A stretch of DNA of 64,000 nucleotides from positions 32,001 through 96,000 of IMG/VR virus record IMGVR_UViG_3300032320_001447; one strand, 5' to 3'. A model generated the notes under the pieces. That model worked only from the letters and a program-made list of their open reading frames with translations, was not told where the DNA came from and made no database searches. Made by a program: the position numbers and the translations under genes. Origin of the DNA: a virus (taxonomy: Duplodnaviria > Caudoviricetes). Positions 10,601 to 19,302 of the stretch are shown one piece after another; within the stretch, counting starts at the first letter, position 1, and each line of letters opens with the position of its first letter.

Positions 10601-13327
10601 ACTACTAGCAGTGAATGCAAAAGAAGAAGAAACGGCTTGAGACGCAGTTCCAAATAAAGAACCGGTAATTGAGCCAGACAAAGAACCTGTGATACCAGAT
10701 AAAACAATTAAGCTGCCGGTTATAATTGCGTTACCATTTACGTCGAATGCTGCGCTTGATCCAGTTTTACCGATAGCGATTCTATTTCTTACAAATAAAT
10801 TGCCTTGACCTAATCCTACGGGCGCTAAAGTGGTGGAATCGTATCCAACAAATAACGTATTACTAAATGCATAATCACCCCATCCATTAAATAACAATAC
10901 GCCTCCTTGTGTATTGTCCGATCTTGAGGACGATAATACTGTAGTAACGGTATCGCCTATTATTTGAATACCATTGCGAGGTCTAATTAAGCCATTTACG
11001 TCTAGTAAAGCTTGAGGTATACCATTCAATGGAGTAATTCCTCCAATACCAACGTAAGCGCCACTTGATGAAATGAATATTCTAGAAGTACCGTTAGTTT
11101 CTAATACTAAATTTTGTAAATCGTTAGTTCCTAATACAGCTTGAGCGCCAAATGAATTACCATTTTGAAGAAAAGCGCCAGTTGCGTTTGTTGCAAAAGA
11201 AGAACTTATCGCTGAGCTAGCTGTGAATGCGTATGATGCTGATGTAACTGACCCAGTTACGAAGTTAGTTGCCCAACTAGCTGTGCCAAATAGAGAACCA
11301 GTAATATCTGTAGCTGTGACTCTACCTATAATAGTAGCTGAACCTGAAACGTTCAAACTACCCGTCATTGTTTGAGTGTTGGCAGTAGAATTTCCAAAGA
11401 CATTAGAGCCCGAACTAAACACAACTGAAGAACTAACTGTGCTTACTACCAAGGTTTGCGCAGTTAAAATTCCATTGATTAGCGCAGCTGAAGCAGTTAT
11501 TGCTCCTAAAATGTTTTGACTTCCTGTGAATATGTTTGAGCCAGTAGTAGCGTAGGTTCTTTCAATTTGTGTTACTCTTGTTGAGAAAGATCCAGATGCT
11601 ACTTGAAGTGACGCTGTAGTTGCTTCTATGCTAGATACACGTGAAGAGAAAGAAGAACTATCACTTGTAATTCTTGTTGAGAATGAACTTGATGCAGTTT
11701 CTAAAGAGGTCGTTCTTGTAGAGAAAGAAGCACTCGCTGCAATTAAATTTGAAGCTGTAATCTCTGTGTTGGTTACTCTAGTAGAAAATGAACCTGAAGC
11801 TGTTACTAGGTTAGACGCTGTAATCTCTGTGTTAGTTGTTCTTGTAGAAAATGATGCACTTGCAGCAACTAAATTGGAAGCAGTAGTTTCAGTGTTAGTA
11901 AGTCTTGTGGATATCGAACCAGATCCTAGATAGTTAACTGCGAATGATGAACTAATTGCACTACTAGCAGTGAATGCAAAAGAAGAAGAAACAGCTTGTG
12001 AGGCAGTTCCGAATAGAGAAGCGGTAACTGAACCTGAGAAAGATCCGGTAAAGCTTCCACTAAAAGTAGCGGATACGATTCCAGGAAAACTAGTATTACC
12101 TGAGCCATCTAATAGCGTAGCCGTTCTTACTAACGAACTAAATACACCGGTATATTGTCTAACGTGTATAGGTTCTGTGCCATCATCTGCGGTTGCTATT
12201 TCAGCAAAACCTGCGTTTGTTGCCGTACCACCAACTAAAATTCTAAATTGGTCATTATCGGCCATATTGCCTCTAACAAGTTCTGTTGAGTTTGTGCCCG
12301 TTACAGTAGCAATAACAGTAGATGCAGTTGAAGCAAAAGAAGAGGATACGGCTTGAAATGCATTGGTTGCGCTAGATGCTGTGAATGCGTAAGAAGCCGA
12401 GGTAACAGTTCCTGGAGCCACGGTTAATATATTACCTCCTGAGTCTACTGCTAAGTTTGCTACTACCGTTCCTGGGAAAGCTCCAGCGCTGGTGTAAGAA
12501 GTGAACGCAATTTGATTTGTATTTAAGTTAGCGCTTAATACTTCTCCAATACTTCCTGTATTCGTCCCTCTTAATAGTCTAAATCTATTTTGATAAAGAT
12601 CAAGCATTGAGGCAGATGTATATGTACCTCCTGGTGCATTAAATCCAAGTTGACCTCCTTCATTTGCGGTATCACGAGCTCCTAAAGTTAAAGTATTTTC
12701 GATAGCTCCTATTGATCCTGACCCTACTACTAAACTTCCTGTTATTACTACATTTTGATTTAGTGTATTAACGAAAGATGCAGTTGAAGCAAAAGAAGCG
12801 CTAATAGCTGAAGATGCGGTGAAAGCAAAAGAAGCAGAAGTAACGGACCCAGTTACAAAGTTAGTCGCCCAGCTAGCAGTACCAAATAAAGATCCAGTAA
12901 TTCCAGAGCTAACTGTTAAAGACCCAGTTATAGTTGAACTACCTGAGATGATTTCGTTACCTCTAACTGTTAAACTTCCAGTGATGCCTACGGATCCAGT
13001 AAGTACTTGAGTGTTAGATAGACTATTACCAAAAATATTAGACCCAGAGCTGTATACTACAGAAGAGCTAATCGTGCTGACCACCAAGGTCTGAGCAGTT
13101 AACGTATTAGCAACAGTAAAGTTGTTTGCGAAGCTTGAGGTTTGCGCGAAAGAAGCTGAGAATGCGTTTGAGGCAGAGCTAGCCGTAAAAGCGTAAGACG
13201 CAGAGACTGCTTGACTTGAGGTACCGAACAGGCTACCGGTTATACCGTTGGTTACTATAAGACTTCCGGATACTACGGAGTTATTTTGGGCGATGACGCC
13301 ATTTCTTGCTACGAATTCGTTTGGCAT
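7670..13327 (-). CDS. giant Ser/Thr/Gly/Ala-rich fibre protein (1885 aa)
   Basis: Repeated TGSLFGTAS, TLTAQTLVV..SSGSNIFG, SGSFSTR and FPFTGSAQITGS modules; C-terminal beta domain shared with 21378-26693. Confidence 0.75.
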   Translation of the reverse strand: MPNEFVARNGVIAQNNSVVSGSLIVTNGITGSLFGTSSQAVSASYAFTASSASNAFSASFAQTSSFANNFTVANTLTAQTLVVSTISSSVVYSSGSNIFGNSLSNTQVLTGSVGITGSLTVRGNEIISGSSTITGSLTVSSGITGSLFGTASWATNFVTGSVTSASFAFTASSAISASFASTASFVNTLNQNVVITGSLVVGSGSIGAIENTLTLGARDTANEGGQLGFNAPGGTYTSASMLDLYQNRFRLLRGTNTGSIGEVLSANLNTNQIAFTSYTSAGAFPGTVVANLAVDSGGNILTVAPGTVTSASYAFTASSATNAFQAVSSSFASTASTVIATVTGTNSTELVRGNMADNDQFRILVGGTATNAGFAEIATADDGTEPIHVRQYTGVFSSLVRTATLLDGSGNTSFPGIVSATFSGSFTGSFSGSVTASLFGTASQAVSSSFAFTASSAISSSFAVNYLGSGSISTRLTNTETTASNLVAASASFSTRTTNTEITASNLVTASGSFSTRVTNTEITASNLIAASASFSTRTTSLETASSSFSTRITSDSSSFSSRVSSIEATTASLQVASGSFSTRVTQIERTYATTGSNIFTGSQNILGAITASAALINGILTAQTLVVSTVSSSVVFSSGSNVFGNSTANTQTMTGSLNVSGSATIIGRVTATDITGSLFGTASWATNFVTGSVTSASYAFTASSAISSSFATNATGAFLQNGNSFGAQAVLGTNDLQNLVLETNGTSRIFISSSGAYVGIGGITPLNGIPQALLDVNGLIRPRNGIQIIGDTVTTVLSSSRSDNTQGGVLLFNGWGDYAFSNTLFVGYDSTTLAPVGLGQGNLFVRNRIAIGKTGSSAAFDVNGNAIITGSLIVLSGITGSLSGSITGSLFGTASQAVSSSFAFTASSAISSSFAVNYLGSGSISTRLTNEEATSSLLVTASGSFSTRLTNTETTASNLVAASASFSTRITSDSSSFSSRVSSIEATTASLQVASGSFSTRVTQIERTYATTGSNIYTGSQNILGAITASVALINGTLTAQTLVVTTVSSSVVFSSGSNIFGNSTANTQTMTGSLNVSGSATIIGRVTATDITGSLFGTASWATNFITSSVTSASYAFTASSTISSSLAQTASFSLRGSGAFTGSFSGSVTASLFGTASQAISASYATTASYVLAGASTINIQDEGSPQGSAGTINFVGSGVTATVGGGVATVTVTGGGGAAFPYTGSAQITGSLGITGSLSVTANQGSSAFSSNADTLLITGSLIITGSGAITGSLSVSNGITGSLFGTASWAQNALTASFLIGGGSGVGFPFTGSAQITGSLGVTGSINSTGNITTTGTLTAQTLVVQTVTSSIVFSSGSNIFGNSTVNTQTMTGSLNVSGSATIIGRVTATDLTGSLFGTASWATNFITGSVTSASYAFTASSAISSSLAQTASSVNTLTQAVLISGSFTVVTGSGIEFQVTNTGTKIGNLITDSHNLTGSLAILGSITGSLSGSVTGSLFGTASWAQNALTASFALGGSASSILFQTSSAAFTWSFNHFLQTQYPVFTIYDNTNSVIIPQRIQAVDTSSALIYFSTPTTGVAVASKGGYSSSVVISATTANTAISASFASSGTGTFSGSFSGSYQGNFSGSYFGTASQAVSASYAYTASSAILASSSLIATSASYAINATNALTASFLIGGGSAAGFPFTGSAQITGSLGVTGSINSTGNITTTGTLTAQTLVVQTITSSITYSSGSNIFGNALTNTQTMTGSVNITGSLTLSGNQTVFGVVTVQSASFDYGQNLSVSAGGYQVIASEATSSYRAAFFDYVMFSGSIVRAGTVTSTWSGSATEYYENYTADLGGSTSGVLLQTGISAGNIQLQASASTAAWTIRSLIRLL
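10035..11377. repeat. 89-bp exact direct repeat (10035-10123 and 11289-11377) within a larger internal duplication
   Basis: Direct comparison; neighbouring blocks near 10.3-10.6 kb and 11.6-12.0 kb are also near-identical. Confidence 0.9.
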
Positions 13328-13335
13328 GTTCTAGT

Positions 13336-13360
13336 ACCCCAGTTCCCATTTCCCTGAGGT
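13336..13360 (-). promoter_or_regulatory. leader hairpin ACCUCAG-GGAAAUGGGAA-CUGGGGU (candidate translational operator)
   Basis: 7-bp stem (one G-U) ending 8 nt before the ATG; GC-rich island in an AT-rich intergenic region. Confidence 0.55.
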
Positions 13361-13371
13361 GCAGGTTTTAT

Positions 13372-13379
13372 ATAAATAT
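13372..13379 (-). promoter_or_regulatory. putative late promoter ATATTTAT
   Basis: Motif upstream of the 1885-aa fibre gene. Confidence 0.6.
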
Positions 13380-13393
13380 TGTAGAGAAAACTA

Positions 13394-14104
13394 TTAAGCG
13401 ATTTTAAAACGACGCTTAAGTGCATTAAAATTCTGTGTCACCTCTGCTGCTGATAGTGCACGATTGTATACTTGAACTAACCCAATGTAGCCTTGAAAAT
13501 ATTCGGTCGATGTTGGATCGCCGCCTACGTAAAAAGGCATGTTACCCGAGAAAAATGTAGGGTTATCTCCAGTTCTAAGATATGGAGGAGACGTCTCAGT
13601 TGTTAATGTTGGTGTACTTAGCGTATTATAATATAACTTCATGTTGTTTGTATTAGTACCAAAAGTAGCTCCGTCCCAAACAGCACACATATTGTTCCAT
13701 TTAGATATAGGTTGTGGTAGATATACTTGACCAGGATTCATTTCAAACTTTTGAGTTGTTATCTTATAAAAGGTAGAACCCGGTCCTCTATATCCCGCAA
13801 CTACATTATCGTCTTGAAACTCTGGAACATACCATGCATTTATTGAAAAGGATGAGGATATGCTTTGCTGTGGAAGAGTAAAATTAGTGGAAACGTAACG
13901 CTGTTGAGTTGTATTAAAACCGAATGCCGCGGCTCCATTAAAAGAATCATAACTAACTCCATTAACTAAACTTCCGCTATAATTATTTCCACTCAAATCT
14001 CTCCAAATAGTGCCCGAACCAGGATAGCTGTTTCTATCACCGGCGTCTAAAGCCAATACAAGTCCGTTTGTTACTAATTTTCCATTTGCGTATTTCGTTG
14101 CCAT
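13394..14104 (-). CDS. LamG / concanavalin A-like lectin domain protein
   Basis: GLVLALDAGDRNSYPGSG...YNRALSAAEVTQNFNALKRRF. Confidence 0.85.
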   Translation of the reverse strand: MATKYANGKLVTNGLVLALDAGDRNSYPGSGTIWRDLSGNNYSGSLVNGVSYDSFNGAAAFGFNTTQQRYVSTNFTLPQQSISSSFSINAWYVPEFQDDNVVAGYRGPGSTFYKITTQKFEMNPGQVYLPQPISKWNNMCAVWDGATFGTNTNNMKLYYNTLSTPTLTTETSPPYLRTGDNPTFFSGNMPFYVGGDPTSTEYFQGYIGLVQVYNRALSAAEVTQNFNALKRRFKIA

Positions 14105-14108
14105 AACT

Positions 14109-14369
14109 TTATATTATACGTGAATATATTATACGTGAATTCCATTCTTCCGTAGAAAGAATTTCAATTATTTCATCATGCGTATATGGTCCTTCACTTC
14201 CAACTAAAGTAGATACAAATGAAGGCTGTTCATCTGTCCATTTTACAAATGTTTTTGAATTATCGACTGATTTTCTTACGGTTTCTTCCGAAGTTTCTAA
14301 TACTTGTGTAAAATCTACTTTAGAAAGTTCTGTTGTTGGTAAAATGATATATTTTCTTGTGTCGTACAT
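14109..14369 (-). CDS. small protein embedded in LamG cluster (possible adaptor/chaperone)
   Basis: Clean 86-aa ORF between LamG genes; the C-terminus is extended by a 15-bp tandem duplication. Confidence 0.7.
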   Translation of the reverse strand: MYDTRKYIILPTTELSKVDFTQVLETSEETVRKSVDNSKTFVKWTDEQPSFVSTLVGSEGPYTHDEIIEILSTEEWNSRIIYSRII

Positions 14370-14372
14370 GTG

Positions 14373-14441
14373 TTATAAATTAAATTTTGATTTTTTTGCG
14401 TTGTAGTTTTTTTGAATTTCTCAAACTGAAAGAACTCTATT
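14373..14441 (-). pseudogene. C-terminal remnant of a deleted LamG gene
   Basis: Translates NRVLSV*EIQKNYNAKKSKFNL*, compared with intact NRVLTLAEIQQNYNAQKSRFNL* in 6982-7668. Confidence 0.85.
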
Positions 14442-15111
14442 TTAAGCCGAATCGTGATTTTAAGGCGTTGTAGTTTTGACGAATTTCTGTTGTTGTAAGT
14501 GCTCTGTTATATATGGAGACTTCTGAGATATTACCATTCATAAATTGACTACCATCATCAGTTCTTCCTCCTAAAGATATAGTATCACTAGCACTCCAAG
14601 TTACAGTGTTTGCACTTCCATATGAAACAGAATTTACATAAGTTTTATAACCATTTGTAATACTATTTCCCTCACGAACAAACACCACATTATACCAAGT
14701 ATTTACTGCTATGGTTGGAGTGCTTAAAGATTGCCCAGATAATCCATCACTTGTCCAGAAACCCAAATTAGGAGTGGAGATATCCATTAATAGAAGTATA
14801 TAATTAGGAGTTGGAATACTAATTATATTTCTATAACCGCTAGAAACTACATTTGTTTTAAACCAAACAGACCAAGTAAACGCATTGGAAGAAATATAAG
14901 ATGTATTAACTATATCATTAGTGCCATCAAATACAATACTACCACCATTAGCACTATTAAATGTAGGTCCATTAACTAATGACCCACTATTATTATTTCC
15001 ACTAACATCATTCCATGTAGTTCCAGTCCCAGGATAACTATTTCTATCAGCAGCATCTAGCGCTAATACTAATCCATCTTGAATCGCATTTGGTCCACCT
15101 GATACTCCCAT
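14437..15111 (-). CDS. LamG / concanavalin A-like lectin domain protein
   Basis: Conserved family termini; WYNVVFV core. Confidence 0.85.
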   Translation of the reverse strand: MGVSGGPNAIQDGLVLALDAADRNSYPGTGTTWNDVSGNNNSGSLVNGPTFNSANGGSIVFDGTNDIVNTSYISSNAFTWSVWFKTNVVSSGYRNIISIPTPNYILLLMDISTPNLGFWTSDGLSGQSLSTPTIAVNTWYNVVFVREGNSITNGYKTYVNSVSYGSANTVTWSASDTISLGGRTDDGSQFMNGNISEVSIYNRALTTTEIRQNYNALKSRFGLK

Positions 15112-15112
15112 A

Positions 15113-15829
15113 TTATGTTAGATTAAAGCGTGATTTTGTTGCGTTGTAGTTTTGAAGAACTTCTGTTGTATTTAATATAGTATTATATATTTTTACACTA
15201 TATATATTTCCAGCAAAATATTCACCTACAGGGCTTGCTCCATATCCTGCTCCTATTATTAAAGGAGGAGTTGAATATGATATAGCTCCTGCTGTGAAAG
15301 TTGTTGATGATAATACAGAACCATTTAAATAAACTACAGCGGCTCCTGTAGAACTATTAAGTGTAAAAGTTACATTATATATAGTGTTAGCTACAAAAGT
15401 ATAATTTGGTTGTAAAGCTCTATATGTGCCTCCAGTGTTTGTACTACATTCTAATACAGTTCCAGTATTATTTATTCTTATCATATAAGATAAATAAGGA
15501 GGAGTCCAAACAGGACCGTTAAAAGGTTTTGATATTATATTTGAAAATGAATTAAAAGAAGTAGGTCTAAACCAAGTATCAATACTAAATGAAGCAGGTC
15601 TAAGAGTACTGTTATCAGATGCAGTAGCATAATCATTAGTGCCATCAAATACAATACTACCACCATTACCACTATTAAATGTAGGACCATTTGTTAATGT
15701 TCCAGTATTGTTATTTCCACTTAAATCAGTCCAAGTAGTACCTGAATCAGGATAACTGTTTCTATCGGCAGCGTCTAAAGCAAGCACCAATCCGTTTGTT
15801 ACTATTTTTGGGCCATTATCGAATGACAT
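15113..15829 (-). CDS. LamG / concanavalin A-like lectin domain protein
   Basis: Conserved family termini. Confidence 0.85.
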   Translation of the reverse strand: MSFDNGPKIVTNGLVLALDAADRNSYPDSGTTWTDLSGNNNTGTLTNGPTFNSGNGGSIVFDGTNDYATASDNSTLRPASFSIDTWFRPTSFNSFSNIISKPFNGPVWTPPYLSYMIRINNTGTVLECSTNTGGTYRALQPNYTFVANTIYNVTFTLNSSTGAAVVYLNGSVLSSTTFTAGAISYSTPPLIIGAGYGASPVGEYFAGNIYSVKIYNTILNTTEVLQNYNATKSRFNLT

Positions 15830-15830
15830 A

Positions 15831-16079
15831 CTACGCTGGTGTTTCTTCTGTTGGAGTTTCTACAGGAGTTTCTACAGGAGTTTCTTCTGTCGCGACTACC
15901 GCTTCTAATTGACTTGCTCTGTACAATCTACCGGTTGGGTCCGCAGCTTGAAGTTCGTCAGCTTTCGCTTGAGTCTCTTCTAAGTTGTCGTATTGATAAA
16001 TTGGATCTTCTGGAGTTAGTCTTGCTACCCAGATTTGATCTAAGCCAGGAATAAATTCCATTTGTACTTCGTATAACAT
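15831..16079 (-). CDS. hypothetical acidic protein
   Basis: 82-aa ORF tightly packed in the operon; ETPV repeats at the C-terminus. Confidence 0.7.
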   Translation of the reverse strand: MLYEVQMEFIPGLDQIWVARLTPEDPIYQYDNLEETQAKADELQAADPTGRLYRASQLEAVVATEETPVETPVETPTEETPA

Positions 16080-16098
16080 ATAATATAATTTTAAAAGT

Positions 16099-19095
16099 TT
16101 AAGCTTGAGCTTCAGTCCATGAGATACGCGATAACAAGTTGATACCTGCTGATGTTAAATTAGTTGCAGTAATAGTAAGTACATCAGGTCCATCAGGATA
16201 AATTTGAGTGTTGGCAGTTGTACCTCCTCCTCCTAAAATTGAGTTACCTAAATCACGTACTTTAGATAAATCGATGGTTGTAGTTGCTTGATTCAAGAAG
16301 AATCCAGCGGTTACTTCACCTCCGCTCAATGTAACTGCACCTCCACCGTAATCGGCAATTTGAGCAAGACTTGAGTTAACTTGACCTGCGATGTTACCTA
16401 CAGCATTTGTCCAAACGGTTGCTGCACTTGGAGTTCCATTAAGGAACGCTCTTACAAGAATAGATCCTGTAGAACTTTGGTTAACCGCCATACTATCCAA
16501 TACTAATTGCATTCTGTTTGTTAATTCTCTAGCTCCAAATGCAGATGGAAGACCGTTATCAACAGATGGTGCTACACGAATCGACATCAATGCTCTAGTA
16601 GATCCAGAAGGAAGCGCTACCGGAGATTGTTGACCGTAAGTAAATACTAATGACTTATCATCATCATATCTACCGTCCATGATAACCGAAGTTCCCCAGT
16701 GAGAAATAGTTGGTCCATAAGTTGGGTAAGCCAATTCAACCGATACAGGAGCGGATGCTGAGAACGGAAAAGTTTGTGGAGTCATTTGTCCCATTGCAAA
16801 AGCACTTACTGTAGGATTTGCTTGAGTTGCCGCTTGACTTAGCGTCATTGTAGTTCCCGATAAGTTACTAATAAAGGTTCCTTCAGGGAAAGCACTCGCG
16901 CTTATCACTCTCATTCCAACTTGTAAGCTAGAAGTAAAACCTCCAGCAAAAGTTGCAGTATTAGATCCCACTGCTATAGTTAATGGTAAAGCGTCGCTTC
17001 CAGATCTTGCTCTGATAAGATTTGTAAATGCCGTTGAACTTGTACCTTCGTAGTTTACATATTCAAAAATAGATGCACTTCTAATCATTAGAGTTCCAGA
17101 AACAGGAAATCCGTCTGTACTTGTAACGGCCATAGAAGTAGCAACGTTAGTTAGAGTAGAAGTTAATGTTGTATATGGCGCAACTGTATTACTTTCGTAT
17201 CTACCAGGCAAGTTACCAGATCTCATGTAAGCTTCTCTGTTAACGTTGTTGTTCATCATTTTATGAACGTATATAATATTACCATTAGAAGCTCTTACAC
17301 CCCAACGAATAGATCCCGCTCCATACCAACTATAGTCAATATAGAACATTTGCATTCTAGCTAAGTCTATATTATATCCAGAAGGTCCAGTGCCATCGCA
17401 TCTATCCAAATTCCACGCTGATTGAGACACTTTTGTATCTACCGTTTTAGAAACTATAACGAATGGAGAAGTAAGACCTCTGTAAGAAGGACTAATCGAC
17501 ATACTCACATCGCTTGATATGTCTAAAACCTTATATGAAGCGCCTCTAATAACAACGTAATCTCCTGGGATTAACTGCTTTGAGAATATAGTAGGAAAAG
17601 CCGTGTTTGTTTGGCTTACAAAATTAGATCCGCTAGTAACAGTAACCTCTCCAGATAATTGGAAAGTAGAATTTCTTCTTCCTATGTAAAGCTTTTGACC
17701 ATCGTAATCAAAGTAAACTCCATTTTGTTGATCGAACAGTCCTAATTTATTAGAAGCTCCAAACCAGTTAACTACTCCTACGTAAAATAATCCAGAAGCA
17801 GTTAAAGAGCTAGGCACACTTAAAGCAATATAAGTGAATGTGTTGTATCCGGTAACAGTACTAACCGTAAAAGTACCATTGTATGCAGTCTCGTTAGCCC
17901 CTGATACAGCTATAGTAGTTCCAGGTTGTATATTGTGTTGATCTTTCGTTTGAATTGTGATTGTAGTACCATTAGCGGTCATTGAATCAATCTGTAACTC
18001 CGGTCTTAGTAACGTACCTGAACTAATTTGTATGCCTTTACCTGATTGGTATCTAAAGTATCTTCTTGTTTGTCTTACGGCTTGCTCGTTATTTGCTTGA
18101 GCGTTACTAGAAAAAGATACACCTCCATCGAATGGTCTGTGTAAGAAAGATGCTTGCGGTCTCATATAAATTCTAGCTGTTGCGCCAGATACAACGCCCG
18201 TAGGAATAGCATACGCATGATAACTAAACGCAGTTGGACTAGAAATTCCAGAAACGTTGTACGATCCGTTAGGTGCGTTTGTTGTAGCTGTAGATCCTGA
18301 TATTGCTATATCATTTCCTAAAGAAAGACCGTGAGGAACGCTACATGTAACATTAATTTGAGTTCCTACGAAAGTCATTGTAGGAGCCAAACCGATATTA
18401 GCTCCAGTATATAAAGTGCCTTGGAAAACGTTTGTTTTATTTGCATCTAGTATAGAAGTAATACTAGTTGTGTTAATCGCTCTAGCCGAATACGTAAATG
18501 TGCCTGTTAATCCACCAGTTTCAATAATGTACACACCATTTGCGATACTTAGATAAGTGTCTTGAACACTGATAGGAGTTCCGTTTGCTGGTGCTACTCC
18601 TGTAGATAGCGTGATTGTAACTACTCTTGAGTTGGTAGGTATTGTAATACCACTAATATTTGAGATTTGAGTAGGCACTGCGAATGCGAATGGAACGTTA
18701 TTTGTCATTCCCAAATTTTCCCACTTGGTGATTTGAGTACCATATTCAAAGTCGGTATCAATTAAGGCTTGAGGTGTTGAAACTCTTAGCTTATCAACAG
18801 GGTCCATCAAAATTGGCTCTCCTCTAAACTCGTTTACTATTTCATCTACATAGATTTGTAAGTTGTCAGCGTTAGCTTGACCGCCTGTGTTGAATACTAA
18901 AGTAAATGTAGTTTTATCAGTTGCGCTATTATAAGATGCAGTTGCTCCTAAAGAAGCGTTTGCAAAGTTGTATATAATAACGTTTCTAGTCACATTGGTA
19001 ATCAATAATAGACTACTTAAATTGTAGTTACCATCGATAGTGATTGTTCTAGATGCTGCGACAAAGGTGTAATTTCTAACGAGTTTTTTAGCCAT
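16099..19095 (-). CDS. large beta-rich virion fibre/structural protein
   Basis: Start reassigned to MAKKLVRNY (ATG 19095). LLLITNVTRNVIIYNF N-terminus, DTDFEYG..TKWE motif, repeated HGL..G..I.ISG...NG.Y.V modules, YIDYSWYGAG motif. Confidence 0.7.
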   Translation of the reverse strand: MAKKLVRNYTFVAASRTITIDGNYNLSSLLLITNVTRNVIIYNFANASLGATASYNSATDKTTFTLVFNTGGQANADNLQIYVDEIVNEFRGEPILMDPVDKLRVSTPQALIDTDFEYGTQITKWENLGMTNNVPFAFAVPTQISNISGITIPTNSRVVTITLSTGVAPANGTPISVQDTYLSIANGVYIIETGGLTGTFTYSARAINTTSITSILDANKTNVFQGTLYTGANIGLAPTMTFVGTQINVTCSVPHGLSLGNDIAISGSTATTNAPNGSYNVSGISSPTAFSYHAYAIPTGVVSGATARIYMRPQASFLHRPFDGGVSFSSNAQANNEQAVRQTRRYFRYQSGKGIQISSGTLLRPELQIDSMTANGTTITIQTKDQHNIQPGTTIAVSGANETAYNGTFTVSTVTGYNTFTYIALSVPSSLTASGLFYVGVVNWFGASNKLGLFDQQNGVYFDYDGQKLYIGRRNSTFQLSGEVTVTSGSNFVSQTNTAFPTIFSKQLIPGDYVVIRGASYKVLDISSDVSMSISPSYRGLTSPFVIVSKTVDTKVSQSAWNLDRCDGTGPSGYNIDLARMQMFYIDYSWYGAGSIRWGVRASNGNIIYVHKMMNNNVNREAYMRSGNLPGRYESNTVAPYTTLTSTLTNVATSMAVTSTDGFPVSGTLMIRSASIFEYVNYEGTSSTAFTNLIRARSGSDALPLTIAVGSNTATFAGGFTSSLQVGMRVISASAFPEGTFISNLSGTTMTLSQAATQANPTVSAFAMGQMTPQTFPFSASAPVSVELAYPTYGPTISHWGTSVIMDGRYDDDKSLVFTYGQQSPVALPSGSTRALMSIRVAPSVDNGLPSAFGARELTNRMQLVLDSMAVNQSSTGSILVRAFLNGTPSAATVWTNAVGNIAGQVNSSLAQIADYGGGAVTLSGGEVTAGFFLNQATTTIDLSKVRDLGNSILGGGGTTANTQIYPDGPDVLTITATNLTSAGINLLSRISWTEAQA

Positions 19096-19108
19096 TTTGT
19101 TTTTTGTT

Positions 19109-19267
19109 TTATCCTCCGAATACGATTGAATAAGAAATAGCGTCAGATTGACTAGCAAGAGTTCCTCCAGAGGTAGCAGAGCTTCCGCTCATTGAAAGAG
19201 ATCCTGATATGATCACGCTCCCTGATATTAACATGGAACCGGAAACGATTGGACTGTCTATTATCAT
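19109..19267 (-). CDS. 52-aa SGS-rich small virion protein
   Basis: Manual translation MIIDSPIVSGSMLISGSVIISGSLSMSGSSATSGGTLASQSDAISYSIVFGG; lies directly after a promoter motif. Confidence 0.7.
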   Translation of the reverse strand: MIIDSPIVSGSMLISGSVIISGSLSMSGSSATSGGTLASQSDAISYSIVFGG

Positions 19268-19281
19268 CTTTTCTTTTGTTT

Positions 19282-19289
19282 ATAAATAT
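19282..19289 (-). promoter_or_regulatory. putative late promoter ATATTTAT
   Basis: Motif upstream of the start at 19267. Confidence 0.6.
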
Positions 19290-19302
19290 CTTAAGTTATT
19301 TT

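Noticed and set aside
8399-13010. Multiple short plus-strand ORFs inside the giant fibre gene (also 26266-28553)
   Set aside because: Antisense to long Ser/Thr/Gly-rich genes, where shadow ORFs are expected.
19096-19158. N-terminal extension MLVNLTLF... given by the ORF track for the 1019-aa protein
   Set aside because: It overlaps the 52-aa gene; the ATG at 19095 has the typical A-rich context.
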